This document shows, one piece after another, positions 16,138 through 31,130 of a stretch of DNA of 64,000 nt. Each line of letters begins with the position of its first letter. Position 1 is the stretch's first letter. Position numbers and translations under genes: made by a program. The DNA lies in assembly GCF_009914755.1 (NCBI RefSeq), contig NC_060931.1; one strand, given 5' to 3'. The notes under the pieces were generated by a model. It made no database searches. It saw only the letters and a program-made list of their open reading frames with translations, and had not been told where the DNA came from. This DNA comes from the human T2T-CHM13v2.0 reference genome, Homo sapiens.

Positions 16138-17160
16138 ATGAGGAAAAGCCAGCACAAAAACACTGAAAATTCCAAAAACCAGAATGCCTCCTCTCCTCCA
16201 AATGATCGCAACTCCTCTCCAGCAAGGACACAAAACTGGACAGATAATGAGATTAACGAATTGACAGAAGTAGGCTTCAGAAGGTAGGTAATAACAAACT
16301 CCTCTGAGCTAAAGGAACATGTTCTAACCCAATGCAAGGAAGCTAAGAACCTCGATAAAAGGTTACAGGAACTGCTAACTAGAATAACCAGTTTAGAGAG
16401 GAACATAAATGACCTGATGGAGCTGAAAAACACAGCACAAGAACTTCCTGAAGCATACACAAGTATCAATAGCTGAAACAATCAAGTGGAAGAAAGGATA
16501 TCAGAGATTGAAGATCACCTTGCTGAAATAAGGTGTGAAGACAAGATTAGAGAAAAAAGAATGAAAAGGAATGAACAAAGCCTCCAAGAAATATGGGGCT
16601 ATGTGAAAAGACTAAACCTACGATTGATTGGTGTATCTGAAAGTGATGGGGAGAATGGAACCAAGTTGGAAAACACACTTCAGGATATTATCCAGAACTT
16701 CCCCAACCTAGCAAGACAGACCAACATTCAAATTCAGGAAATACAGAGAACACCACTAAGATATTCCTTGAGAAGATCAACCCCAAGACACATAATCATC
16801 AGATTCCCAAACATTGAAACGAAGGAAAAAATGTTAAGGGCAGACACAGAGAAAGTTCAGGTAACCTACAAAGGGAAGCCCGTCAGACTAACAGCAGATC
16901 TCTCTGCAGAAACCCTACAAGCCAGAAGAGAGTGAGGGCCAATATTCAACATTCTTAAAGAAAAGAATTTTCAACCCAGAATTTCATACCCAACCAAACT
17001 AAGCTTCTTAAGCAAAGGAGAAATAAAATCCTTCCCAAACAGGCAAATGCTGAGGGATTTTGTCACCACCAGGCTGGTCTTACAAAAGCTCCTGAAGGAA
17101 GCACTAAATATGGAAAGGAAAAACCAGTACCAGCCACTGCAAAAACATACCAAAATATAA
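16138..17160 (+). pseudogene. L1 ORF1p (RNA-binding/chaperone), disrupted
   Basis: MRKSQHKNTENSKNQNASSPP..; EERISEIED..NEQSLQEIWGYVKR..RLTADLSAETLQARRE; premature stops at 16285, 16473 and 16933. Confidence 0.9.
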
Positions 17161-17223
17161 AGACCAGTGACACTATGAAGAAACTGCATCAACTAATGTG
17201 TAAAATAACCAGCTAGCATCATG

Positions 17224-20200
17224 ATGACAGGATCAAATTCACATATAATAATATTAACATTAAATGTAAATAGGCTGAACGCCCTAATTAAAAGACACAG
17301 ACTGGCAAATTGGATAGAGTCAAGACCCATCAGTGTGCTGTATTTAGGAGACCCATCTCACATGCAAAGACATACATAGGCTCAAAATAAAGGGACGAGC
17401 AAATGGAAAGCAAAAAAAAAAAAAAAAAAAAAGCAGGGGTTGCAATCCTAGTCTCTGATAAAACAAACTTTAAACCCAAAAAGTTCAAAAAAGACAAGGG
17501 CATTACAGAATGGTAAAGGGATCAATGCAACTAACAATAGTTAGAGAAGAGCTAACTATCCTAAATATATATGCACCCAATACAGGAGCACCCAGATTCA
17601 TAAAACAAGTTCTTAGAGACCTATAAAGAGACTTAGACTCCCACACAATAATAGTGGGAGACTTTAACACCACACTGTCAATATTAGACAGATCAACAAG
17701 ACAGAACATTAACAAAGATATTCAGGACTTGTACTCAGCTCTGGATCAAGTGGACTTAATAGATATCTATAGAACTCTCCACCCCAAATCAACAGAATAT
17801 ACATTCTTCTCAGTACCTCATGGCAGTTATTCTAAAATTGACCACATAATAGGAAGTAAAACACTCCTTAGCAAATGCAAAAGAATGGAAATCATAACAG
17901 TCTCTCAGACCACAGTGCAATTAAATTAGAACTCAGGATTAAGAAACTCACTCAAAACTGCACAATTACATGGAAATTGAACAACCTGCTCCTGAATGAC
18001 TCCTGGATAAATATCGAAATTAAGGCAGATAAAGAAGTTCTTCGAAACCAATGAGAACAAAAAGACAATGTACCAGAATCTCTGGGACACAGCTAAAGCA
18101 GTGTTAAGATGGAAATTTATAGCACTGAATGCCCATATCAGAAAGCTGGAAAGATCTGAAATCGTCACCCTAACATCACAATTAAAAGAACTAGAGAAGC
18201 AAGAGCAAACAAATTCAAAAGCTAGCAGAAGACAAGAAATAACTAAGATCAAAGCAGAACTGAAGGAGATAGAGACACAAAAAACCCTTCAAAAAATCAA
18301 TGAATCCAGAGGTAGTTTTTTTAAAAAATTAACAAAATAGACCACTAGCTAGACTAACAAAGAAGAGACAAGAATCAAATAGACACAATAAAAAATGATA
18401 AAGGGGATATCACCACTGATCCCACAGAAATACAAACTACCATCAGAGAATACTATAAACACCTCTATGCAAATAAACTAGAAGATCTAGAAGAAATGGA
18501 TAAATTCCTGGACACATACACCCTCCCAAGACTAAACCAGGAAGAAGTCGAATCCCTGAATAGACCAATAACAGGCTCTGAAATTGAGGCAGTAGTTAAT
18601 AGCCTACCAACCAAAAAAAGCCCAGGACCAGAGAGACTGACAGCCGAATTCTACCAGAGGTACAAAGAGAAGCTGGTACCATTCCTTCTGAAACTATTCC
18701 AAACAACAGAAAAAGAGGGACTCCTCCCTAACTCATTTTATGAGGCCAGCATCCTCCTGATACCAAAAATTGGCAAAGACACAACAAAAAAAGAAAATTT
18801 CAGGCCAATATCCCTGATGAACATCGATGTGAAAATCCTCAATAAAATATTGGCAAACCGAATCCAGCAGCACATCAAAAAGCTTATCCACCACAATCAA
18901 GTTGGCTTCATCATTGGGGTGCAAGGCTGGTTCAACATATGCAAATCAACAAACGTAATCTATCACGTAAACAGAACCAATGACAAAAACCACGATTATC
19001 TCAATAGATACAGAAAAGGCCTTCGATGAAATTCAACATCTCTTCATGTTAAAAACTCTCAATAAACTAGGTATTGATAGAACATATCTCAAAATATTAA
19101 GAGCTATTTATGACAAACCCATAGCCAAGATCATACTGAATGGGCAAAAGCTGGAGGCATTCCCTTTGAAAACTGGCACAAGACAAGGATGCCCTCTCTC
19201 ACCACTCCTATTCAACATAGTATTGGAAGTTCTGGCCCAGGGCACTCAGGCAAGAGAAAGAAATAAAGGGTATTCAAATAGAAAGAGAGGAAGTCAACTT
19301 GTCTCTGTTTGCAGACGACATGATTATATATTTAGAAAACCCATTGTCTGAGCCCCAAAATCTCCTTAAGCTGACAGGCAACTTCAGCAAAGTCTCAGGA
19401 TCAAAAATCGCAAGCATTCCTGTACACCAATCATAGAGAACAGAGAGCCAAATCACGAGTGAACTCCCATTCACAATTGCTACAAAGAGAATAAAATACC
19501 TAGGAATACAGTTTTCAAGGGACGTGAAGTATCTTTTCAAGGAGAACTACAAACCACTGCTCAAGGAAATGAGAGGACTCAAACAAATGGAAAAAAATTC
19601 CATGCTCATGGATAGGAAGAATCAATATCATGAAAATGGCCATACTGCCCAAAGTAATTTATAGATTCAATGCTACTCCCATTAAGCTACCATTGAGTTT
19701 CTTTGCAGAATTATAAAAAACTACTTTAAATTTAATATGGAACCAAGAAAGAGCCTGCATAGCCAAGACAATCATAAGCAAAAATAACAAAGTTGGAGGC
19801 AGCACGCTACCTGACCTCAAACTATACTGCAAGGCTACAGTAACCAAAACAGCATGATACTGGTACCAAAACAGATACATAGACCAATGGAACAGAACAG
19901 AGACCTCAGAAATAACACCACACATCTACAACCATCTGATCTTTGACAAACCTGACAAAAACAAGCAATGGGGAAAGAATTCCCTATTTAATAAATGGTG
20001 CTGGGAAAACTAGCTAGCCATATGCAGAAAACAGAAACTGGACCCCCTCCTTACACCTTATACAAAAATTAACTCAAGATAGATTAAAGACTTAAATGTA
20101 AAACCCCAAGCCATAAAAACCCTAGAAGAAAACCTAGGCAATACCATTCAGGACATAGGCATGGGCAAAGACTTCATGACTAAAACACCAAAAGCAATTG

Positions 20201-21019
20201 CAACAAAAGCAAAAATTGACAAATGGGATCTAATTAAACTAAAGAGTTTCTGCACAGCAAAAGAAACTATCACCAGAGTGAAAAGGCAACCTACAGAATG
20301 AGAGAAAAATTTTGCAATCTACCCATGTGTCAAAGGTCTAATATCCAGAATCTACAAGGAACTTAAACAAATTTTCAAGAAAAAAAACAAACAACCCCAA
20401 CAAAAAGTGGGCAAAGAATATGAACAGACACTTCCAGAAGAAGAGATTGATGTGGCCAACAAACATATGAAAAATAGCTCATCATCAGTGGTCATTAGAG
20501 AAATGCAACTCAAAACCACAGTGAGATACTATCTAATACCAGTTAGAATGGCAATTATTAAAAAGTCAGGAAACAACAGATGCTGGCAATGCTGTGGAGA
20601 AACAGGAATGCTTTTACACTTGTTGGTGAGAGTGTAAATTAATCCAACCATTGTGGAAGACAGTGTGGTGATTCCTCAAGCATCTAGAACCAGAAACACC
20701 ATTTGACCCAGCAATCCCATTACTGGATATACACCAAAAGGGTTATAAATCATTCTGGTATAAAGACACATGCACATGTGTGTTTGCCGCAGCACTTTAC
20801 AATAGCAAAGACTTGGAACCAACCCAAATGCCCATCAATGACAAGCTGGAAAAAGAAAATGTGGCACATAAACACCATGGAATACTATGCAGCTATAAAA
20901 AAAATGAGTTCATGTCCTTTCCAGGGACATGGATGACGCTGGAAGCCATCATTCTCAGCAAATTAACACAGGAACAGAAAACCAAACACCACATGTTCTC
21001 ACTAATAAGTGGGAGATGA
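17224..21019 (+). pseudogene. L1 ORF2p (endonuclease/reverse transcriptase), disrupted
   Basis: EN motifs (GDFNT, YSKIDHI), RT motifs ([32 protein letters not shown] at 19308-19319) and C-terminal HMFSLISGR*. Multiple frameshifts, a deletion near 17396 and a poly-A expansion at 17411-17432. Confidence 0.92.
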
Positions 21020-21702
21020 ACAATGAGAATAGATGGACACAAGAAGAACATTAAACACCGGGGCCAGTCGGGGTGGGGCCAAGGGAAGGGAGAACATTAG
21101 GACAAATACCTAATGCATGTGGGGCTTAAAACCTAGATGACAGTTGGTAAGTGTAGCACACCACCATGGCACAAGTATATCTATGTAACAAACCTGTACA
21201 TTCTGCACATGTATCGCAGAATTTAAAGTAAAATTTAAAAAAAATAAAAACTTTTCAAATCTCTCATTATCAAGTATTAGCCAGCACAAATAGCTGTTAT
21301 TCCTGGCTTTTGAACTTTAAAAAACAAACAAACAAACAAAAAACAAAGGTACCCTTCCAAATGACTCACCAAAACCAATAAGCCTTTATCAAGGTTATGA
21401 CTTAACCAAGGATGCATGGGGCATCTCCAAAGGAGGTGCAACACAGTCCTCACAAGATCAAGAATCATCCCAAAGACAGCTCAAAGAAAGGGAAGTTTCA
21501 CTAGCCACAAGTAAAGTACAACTCACATTTCTATCTGATCTCAGCTTCTCAGCTGGTTACTCATGAAGGCCCAAATGGTCTGTATGTCCCACAAATGGAA
21601 AAAGACAGGAAATCAAAAGTTGTCCATGGAAGAGATAAGGATCAATAACAATTGGTATCCCAAAAGGTTAAGAATCATACAATACTTTAAAACAAATGAG
21701 AT

Positions 21703-21775
21703 TAGCTCCCTGGCTAGGAATTGAACTCAGGCTACAGTGGTGAAAGCACCAAATCCTAGCCATTATACCACTGGA
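21703..21775 (-). pseudogene. tRNA-Glu(TTC)-derived sequence inside the ERV internal region
   Basis: Reverse complement TCCAGTGGTATAATGGCTAGGATTTGGTGCTTTCACCACTGTAGCCTGAGTTCAATTCCTAGCCAGGGAGCTA aligns with human tRNA-Glu-TTC (TCCCTGGTGGTCTAGTGGCTAGGATTCGGCGCTTTCACCGCCGCGGCCCGGGTTCGATTCCCGGTCAGGGAA+CCA). Most differences are CpG decay; anticodon TTC at 21742-21744. Confidence 0.8.
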
Positions 21776-22001
21776 TGGGGTGTTTTCTTTGTTTTTGTTT
21801 TCATTTTTTTGTTTGTGTGTTTGTTTTTTGGTAAATTTTGCAGGGAATCCAAAGCAGGCAGTTTAAGCATTTAAGGATTTTATCTTGTCTTAGATCTGAT
21901 CTCATCTGGAATGCTGCTTAGCTAATTCCCTGAATGTTAGCATTTTAAAGACATGATAAGATTTAAAGGGTACTGTCTCACAGTGGGTCAATAAATCAGT
22001 G

Positions 22002-22691
<690 letters not shown>

Positions 22692-24040
22692 CAGTGTCAT
22701 TCACTAGACCTGGTGAGAAAAAATTTTGTTGGATCTGCATTTTTATAGTCTCAGCAGTCTTATTCCCATTCTGTTGTTGTTCTGCTTGTTCCTTCTGCTC
22801 TAAATTTAAATTCATTTCCCCTGAGAGAAGGAAATGTGTACATTGTGAAATTTTAAAACATCTCTGCCTAAGAGATGTATGGAAGCCAAGAGAAGCGGCA
22901 GAAAGGGATGAGTTCAGATCACAGGGCTGGAAGGAAAAGGAGGGTCTGGAGGTGAAAGGGAGAAAGCCTCTGAAGTCTTTTAACATAGTTTCAAATATCC
23001 CTTTGTTTACCTCTTGAATGAAGGTGACTTTTTCTTTCAGGATTTCTTTTAGAAGTTTTTAGGTGCCAGTGGAAGTCAGTCTCTTATTTACATGTCTGGT
23101 TCTAAAACCAGCTCTTTCCAATGGTGTGCACAAATAAATTACTTTAGGTATATCAAAAGATCCCCATTTTTGGTCATTGTTGCCTATGATCATTCCAGGT
23201 TAGATGGGTCTACTTTCCCAGACACTACAAGACAGTACCCCATAAATCATATATGTAGTTCCAGCAGGTATTTCTAAAAAGAGTGTTCAGGTTTTGAACA
23301 CTCTTATTATTGATTTCTCATAACTCAGGGACTTTTCAAAAGTGACCAAAGCCAGGAATGTGTTTAGGATCAAAGTGTGGCATGTTTTGGACTGTCTCTA
23401 ATTGTCAGATGGCAGCAGAGTCCTCAAGGATGAGGACAATTGGATTGTCTGTAATTGTCAGATGGCAGCGGAGTCCTCAAGGTATGGGGGACCAGACCCT
23501 CGTATTACGTCCACCTGGAAGAGCAAAAGGGGTACACATTTCAGTTAGGAACTAACAGGAATTAGTTAAAATTAAAGACTAATTCAGAATTTTCAAGTGA
23601 TAGTAAACAACTGCTATCTCAAACACATACGATATAAAATGAAACCACTGGTGCCTAACTGCCAGTTCTTTCACTCAAACCTCTGCTGTGAGACAGAGGT
23701 GAAAAAAACTTGACCCAAACCCCTGGTTCTGAGGCAGAGGCAGAAAAACCATGACCTGCACCTCTGCTGTAAGACAGAGAGGGAAAAAAGGCAGTTCCCT
23801 GCAGAGCTCTATACCCGAATCTTCTGTCCAAAGACAGAGACCGAAGCCCTCACACTTAAAGAAAGGGTTTGAAAAACAGCCCAAATAAAGTCTAGACCTT
23901 CAACCCAAGAGTAGGAGGTCCAAATTCCGGAGAACTCATCTGAAACACCTGATGAGACTTCTGAAGGAAGAGAGTTCACACTGGTACCAAGCGCTGCTTT
24001 CAGAGAGAAACACCACCAGCTGGTTGGGGGGAGTCACTGT

Positions 24041-24061
24041 GAATCCTGCTGACTTACTCCA
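24041..24061 (-). other. ERV primer-binding site complementary to tRNA-Ser
   Basis: Plus strand GAATCCTGCTGACTTACTCCA versus the tRNA-Ser 3' end GAATCCTGCCGACTACGCCA; it lies 2 nt inside the 5' LTR boundary (24064). Confidence 0.75.
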
Positions 24062-24741
24062 GATGTTTTATCTAAAAGGAAGAAGCGGAGGCAAAATTAA
24101 TATAAGTTGGGAGTTTATTTGGGCCAAGCTTGATGACTGCAACCTGGGAACATAGATTCAGGTTGCCTTGAATATACACTCTGAGTAGCAGCAGTTACAA
24201 GTGGATTTTTAAAGGGAAAGATGAGGCAGTGCCTGAGTTATTTACCAAGAATTTACATTAAAATAAATCAAGCTACTGATTGGCTATACATTATGAAACT
24301 ATAGGATGAGGGTTATAATGTCTGGTGCAGCATTAATTAGTAGGTTAATGTTTAGCTTCTGTGGCAATAGTAAGCAGTTTCAAGAGACAAATACACAGTT
24401 CAAAAGTGGGGGAGAAGGACAGGATTGCTGTTTCACTTTAATGCCTCTCTGGGCCTCATAATTTAAAAGGATTTGCATTCCTCAGATAAAGTTCTTTTCT
24501 TAACATTTAAACAAATTTTCGTCTTGGTATCATAATATAGCTGTCTGTATGTTAACATAGGAATGCTTTAAATTATTTTACCATTTATAAAATTTGTGAT
24601 GCAGGAAAGCCATGCTATCCTGGGTCTTTACCTTCTGAGTAGCAATTATACCTCAGGGATACACGTTTGTAGTCTGAGAAGTGCTGGCATTTTTTTTTTC
24701 CTTTGCAACTCAGAAGTCTCTAATTAAAGTTCTCTTTTAGC

Positions 24742-25700
24742 ATTATTCATTCACTCTTTGATAAATATTTACTGAACATCTTTATTTGCTAGACACATCA
24801 ACAGGACTGAGGATACAACTGTGAACAAGATATGTATGACTCTTATCTTCATGGGAGCTATCATTTAGAGAGAAAGAAAGGGGAAAAAAGAGAAAATTAA
24901 AATATATTGTGATGTGTGCTAAGATAAAGAGGGAAACTTAGAGTGCTAAGAGAAATGTAAAAAATGTTACCTATCCTGTGTTAGCTTGCATAGGAAAAAA
25001 AAAATGAAGAAAACTGTCACCTAATCCCAGAGCAGGTGTTGAAGAAAGATTTTCGGCCAGACGCAGTGGCTCATACCTGTAATCCCAGCACTTTGGGAGG
25101 CCAGGCCGAGGCAGGAGGATCGCTTGAGCCCAGGAGTTCAAGACCAGCCTGGGCAACAGAGTGAAACCCTGTGTCTACAAAAAAATTTAAAAAGTAGCTT
25201 GGTGTGGTGATGTCTGCCTGTGGTCCCACCTACATGGGAGGCTGAGGCAGCATGATCCTTTAAACCCAGGAGGTCAAGGCTGCAGTGAGTCATGTTCATG
25301 TGACTGCACTCCATCTTGGGTGACAGAGTCAGAGTGAGATTCTGTCTCAAAAAAAAAAACCAAAAAAATTTCCAGGACCAAACAGTCTACAGGATGAGCT
25401 GGAGTTACCCAGGTAAAGAATGGGAAAGAATATTCCATGCCTGGCTTAGAGCAAGCTCCGGAGGCTAGAGAGAACAAGGACTCTATGGGAACAAATTCAG
25501 TGTGCTAGTTAGTGGGCAGATGTCAAAAGCGCAAAGGAGAAAAGTGGGGGGGGGGTGGTGGTGAGGAAGCTGGAGAGAAAAATCAAGGCAGGTTATGAAG
25601 GGCCTCTGTTAAACAGTTTAGAAGGGTATTGAAAGTCACCAAAAGGATTTAAGCTTAAGAAGAACTAATTAACATGTGTTTTTAAAAAAGATTGCTCAGG
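24742..25700 (-). mobile_element. L2 fragments (interrupted by an Alu)
   Basis: TTATTCATTCA..ATAAATATTTACTGAACA..GGATACAACTGTGAACAAGA is the reversed L2 3' end. Confidence 0.6.
25055..25368 (+). mobile_element. AluJ
   Basis: GGCCAGACGCAGTGGCTCA..GGATCGCTTGAGCCCAGGAGTTCAAG, J-type right arm and A tail. Confidence 0.9.
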
Positions 25701-25927
25701 AACTATGTCTGGAAAAGAACAAGGACTTGACTTACATTAAGGTAAGAAGTGGAATTATAAAATCTGGGGCCCAAAGGAATTGGAGTGAGTTAATTCCTCC
25801 CCTTTAAAGTGTCTATTTTCTTCAAAGACAACCACTATATCATCTCTGGGGCTAACATTCTCTGGCCCTTTCCCACTGTCTCTGGCAGCTCCCGACCCAA
25901 GTCACTACAGTTACAGCATTCCCTTAA

Positions 25928-26311
<384 letters not shown>

Positions 26312-27391
26312 TGATTTGATATCCTAGTAGAGCCCACTATTAAAATTTCCATCTATAGAAACAGGAAGTCAGGAAAGGACTGGAGGGAATTTCGGCAGGT
26401 TAATGATTACAACGGGAAGAGAATACAATTATTGAGGTGTTTTGACTCACTTGGTCATTTCCTGAGAAACTCTTTGCTTGAATTTTTCCACTCTTCAGGT
26501 GAAGATGATGACACTGTCCAGGCTTTCAGGAGTCCAACCTCTTAGACAATAAGCGACATACTCTTTGGTAACTGCAGTGGCTAAGCCAAGGAATAAATAT
26601 GCATAACTACAACAAACAGGTACTTGATGAGAACGTTATCTAGAGCTGCCAGATAATTTAGACCAAGTGCACCTTTTGTTGTAAGAAGCTGGTATGATGT
26701 CCACATAGTTTTCAGGGCTGCTGTTCCCTCTAAGAAGAAGGAATAGTCTTTTTCCTGAACTACTCTCTCTCTGAACTTTTAGGCTACAATTATGTCAGTT
26801 CAAAGTGGGCAGATTTGCCAACTGAAAAAATGATGACACGCAGCTTCCCAACTCTGTAAGGACTTTTCAGGTCTGTGGGTGAACGTCATTCCCGAGCAAA
26901 CCAATGCCACAAGATTAGTAGGATGCGGCTCACAAGAAATGTTTACAATGAAGGGCATCACAGACTGCAAACCAAACAGGGTAGGAGGACACGGGACCAT
27001 TTCCTTTTCCTGTCTCCATCTGACTCTGGAAGGCGGGGACAAGACATTTAAAACCAGGACCACTCCAGGAGGACAGCACATTAGCTACTGCCCTCCAGCT
27101 CCCTTCAGTGTTGTTTCCGTAAAGGACTTATAAACTGGCGAGGGCGGTGGCTTCCAAAAGCGCACAGGCGTCCCTTTTCCAACTTGGTCTTCTTATTTTC
27201 CCTTCCTGCTCCATAACTACAACGTGTTTCTGTTCGTAATCATCTCGGCTTTTCCTTACCTCTGCTTGTAAGAAAAGTCCTTTGCGCCATTCCCCTCCAA
27301 GCCCCAGGGAAGGGCCTGGAAAGCGCTTACACCTCAGACCCAGTGTCGGTCAGCCGTCAAGGAGCGAGCGACGTGGGAAACCCTGAGATAG

Positions 27392-27643
<252 letters not shown>

Positions 27644-30029
27644 TAAGTGCCGGGCCTTGAGCTCGTGCTGCCCCACCCTTCCGCGTCAGCACGGTTGGGC
27701 CAGGGGTGCAATGGAGGGCAGCCGAGCCGAGAGGCCCAGGCGGGGCCTGCTGAGGGGGACGTGCGGCCTCCGGAGTCTTAGTTCAGCTGCTGAGAGCGTT
27801 GCTCGGCCTCGCTCGGGAAGGGGTTAGGGTCCGGAGAGCGAGCCCAGGGAGAAGGGGCGAGGTGTGTGGCGGATCCGGGGCGCGCACAGGAGAACCGGAA
27901 GCCCAGCGGTTCTGCGCTTGGGATTTGGGGGTTGAGGTTGAGGAGGGCTTGGGGGGCGGACGGCTCTGGGGCAGGAATCGGAGTTGGCGGGGCCCTGCCC
28001 GCGGGCAAACTACCCCGAATGTCTGAGGTCGTCCGAGGTGGTCGGCGTCGGGGGACAGTTCAGTCGATTGCTGCCGGGACAAAGTGTAAAGCCGAGGAGT
28101 GTCTATTCCAGAGTGGGGTCATTAAAAGTGATTAGCTCTAGAGTAGTGTTAAAAGTCACGGAAGGCTGAAAAGTTGTGGAATCCATCTGAATCCTAGCAG
28201 GCGGGGAGAACTTGTAGGATTGGCAGACGTTGTCTTTAATGCCTGGAAGTTCTGAAAAAGATAGGGAGTGGGAAGGAGGGACGTTACCGAAGAATTTCAG
28301 TATTACGGCTCATTAGAAGATGGGTTTGTATGGACACAGACACGTTTCCCAGTCCGGAAACTCAAACATAGAAACATCTGGCTTTAATGAATTTGATTTT
28401 CAACACCGGCTTTGTCTTGATCCCTGATTTAGGTGTTAAAAAAATTCAGTTGCATTGTTAGGTTTTTGTTGGTGGTGTTTTTTTCTCTAGCAAATTCCTT
28501 CTGAAATGCTGAAAATACTCTTACATAGTATCTTATTTATCTTTGGCTTATCTTTGAAAGGAGGAGCAGATCTAACTCCAATTTTACATGCTAGTGGAGG
28601 AACTGGCTTAGTAAAGGGTTAAGATCTGTGCAGATCCTGAAGAAAAGTGCTAGTTGTCCCTCTAACCATCTCACAGGACCGAAACGATTTTATGAACGAA
28701 ACAAATTAATGAATAATATATTTTACTGAGTATTTTACTAAACAAAAAAGTGACTAGATCTGTGAAGCATACTCAAGTAAGTTTTCCATCTGTATTTGAG
28801 AAATTCTTCACATTTATCCAAATTTGATTTCACTGGTTATATCAATGAAGAATCTCAAAATGGAGCTGCAACTGGAAGAATCTGTCATGACTGCCAGCCT
28901 CCCATTTTATTCACCAGGTCAAGGGTTGGCATTCAGTAGGATCTGGCCCAATGAAGGGTGCCAAGTGACCTGTGGTTTGATCTGGCCTGCGTAGCCTATT
29001 CATGGCCATATCCCTGATTGATGCTGAAACCCAACTTTGAATTTGAGAGTGAGCCAGATAAACAGTCCAGCCATGTAGTTGGAGTTGAAATGTGGCCCTA
29101 TGTACTTGACCTCTGATATTCTGGGCTATCTTGTTCTTGGATCTGAAGTTATTCAGCTTTTTTCTATACCCAGGCTAGGATTATGGACAGTTGGGAATTG
29201 GTGTGGCATTGTTTGATCTAACTGTAGAGACATTTTTCTGGTCTTGAATTAGCGTATTTCCAGGACGTCACTCCTTAAATTTTTGATGTAGGCCTGAGGC
29301 TTGGATAACACAAGTACCATCCGCGTTATCTGTTGTATAGACATTTTAAGAAAGTACATTTCAAGCAGGAAATGATTTAGTGGGATGGCAACTTTAATCT
29401 TTTGTGTCTTGTTACTCTGGCCCCTGGTTTGCAGTGGGCAGAACACTAGTTTTGGAGTTAGAAAGCAACAATTTGAGATTGGAGAAATACATTGCTGCAA
29501 TTTTCTCAAGTACATACATAAAATAGTATTTAATACATACGTAACTTTCATACACTTCCACTTACTATATCTTGTTTAATCCTTATGACATTCTATTGAC
29601 AAATGCAGTATAATTTGTATTTAAAGTAAAGTATTAGAAGAGTAATCTAAGCTTTTTTCTTTGAAGGAGTATAGTTGAGTATTATGGAGCTGGAGTTGGA
29701 GAATATTGTGTCTGCTGGGTTGGTGTGTGCCATGCCTAAATTATAAAACTCTTGGCTCTGAACTTCTATAAGCAAGCAAGGATATTACTTCTCTGTGTGA
29801 CAGAAGATGTAGGAAAGGGGTTGACTTTACTTACCTTTGCCCTAAAATCCCCTCTAGCAGCAATTGTTGTATCTTTACTGGCAGTGGAAACCATATTAAG
29901 GTACTTCTTAAACAGGTCTCATTTTAGGTTAAAGACATTTGTTGAAATTGTCCACAAAGTGGCAAATATTTGTTGGCATAGATCTAAGCATTTCGAGGTG
30001 GCAGTAATAAATCAGTAACAAAAATGGTA

Positions 30030-31130
30030 AACATTTATGATGTGCCGTCCATTTGCTAGGCTCTCTTATGAACATTTTTAAGTGTATCAACTCATTTAAT
30101 CCTTACCGCAATCCCAAGAGGAATCTCCGTTTGCCAGATGTTGGAAGCAGGTAGGGAGAAGTTTAAACTTGCCTAAGGTCACACAGCTAGATGGAACCAG
30201 AATTTGAATCAAGGTAGTCAGGCTCCACAGTCTGTGGTCTTTAACTATAGTGTTTTACTGCTTCTGCACAAAGGTATATATAGTACAGGAAATCAGAACT
30301 TTAAAAGAGCTCTTGTATTAAAGGCACTTACATTTTAGTTGTGTAAAGAAATGTGAAGTCATTAAAAAAAATTGAACAATTTTATCTCTATTTTCTTTCT
30401 AAGGACTTAGAATTCTTTTCCCCTTCTTCCAGAGGCAGAAAAAACAAATATTTCCCCTTTCAACTCTTTTTAATTTATTTGGACTTTAAAAATGTTAAAG
30501 CAGATTCAGTTATAGGGAACACATTTTTACTTTGAGACTAAAAAAAGGCCTTTTATTTTTGTGTGCTTAGAGATTGCCTGTATTTTACTTTTTTTCTGAA
30601 ATTTACACCTAATTTAATAATTAAATACACTTATTTAAATAATTCATAAAATTACATATACTCTTATACATAAAAATATTTTGTAAACTGCTAATCCCTG
30701 TACTCAAATGTTTATTTTTGTATCTAATAATGATGCTGGTTACAATTTATTGAGCACCTAATATATGCAAGATGCTTTTTGTATACAGTTTTGTTTAATT
30801 CTTGGTACATACCTGTAAGATAGGTATTTTATATATGTTTTGTGGAGGATGAAACTGAGGTCCATACAGGGTAAGTAGCTTGCCCAGGGTCATATAGTTT
30901 TCCAGAGGCTTGCCAGGTTTTCTGACTTAAAAACTATTGCATTGTGACTTTAATAACAGTCACCACTTATTGAGTACTTTCTATTCTTCAGGCACTGTAC
31001 TGAGCATTTAGCATGTGTTCTTTGATATAATAGTCTTCACAAAAACCCTATGAGATAAATATTATTATTCTATTTTAGAGCTAGGAAAAGTGAGATTTAG
31101 GGAGGTAAGTTAACTTGCCCAGGTCTAAGA
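30030..31130 (-). mobile_element. Cluster of MIR fragments
   Basis: Recurrent reversed MIR core: CATTTAATCCT..AACTTGCCTAAGGTCACACAGCTAG; GGATGAAACTGAGG..TTGCCCAGGGTCA; TAAGTTAACTTGCCCAGGTC. Confidence 0.7.

Larger units (their letters stand above)
14766..21250 (+). mobile_element. Full-length LINE-1 (L1PA7/L1PA8-like), inactivated
   Basis: 5'UTR starts GGGGCCAAGATGGCCGAATAG (YY1 site). ORF1 and ORF2 remnants are present, and the 3'UTR GGACAAATACCTAATGCATG..AAAACCTAGATGAC is followed by an A tail. TSD is AAA(C/A)ACTTTTC(G/A)A at 14753-14765 and 21246-21258. Confidence 0.96.

Noticed and set aside
14766-21250. Possible active L1
   Set aside because: ORF1 has at least three stops, ORF2 has multiple frameshifts, and the subfamily is old.
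23560-23680. Possible miRNA/snoRNA (GGTTTCAT motif reminiscent of miR-29b, which lies in this chromosomal region)
   Set aside because: No mature miR-29 sequence (TAGCACCAT) and no convincing hairpin; it lies in the ERV leader.
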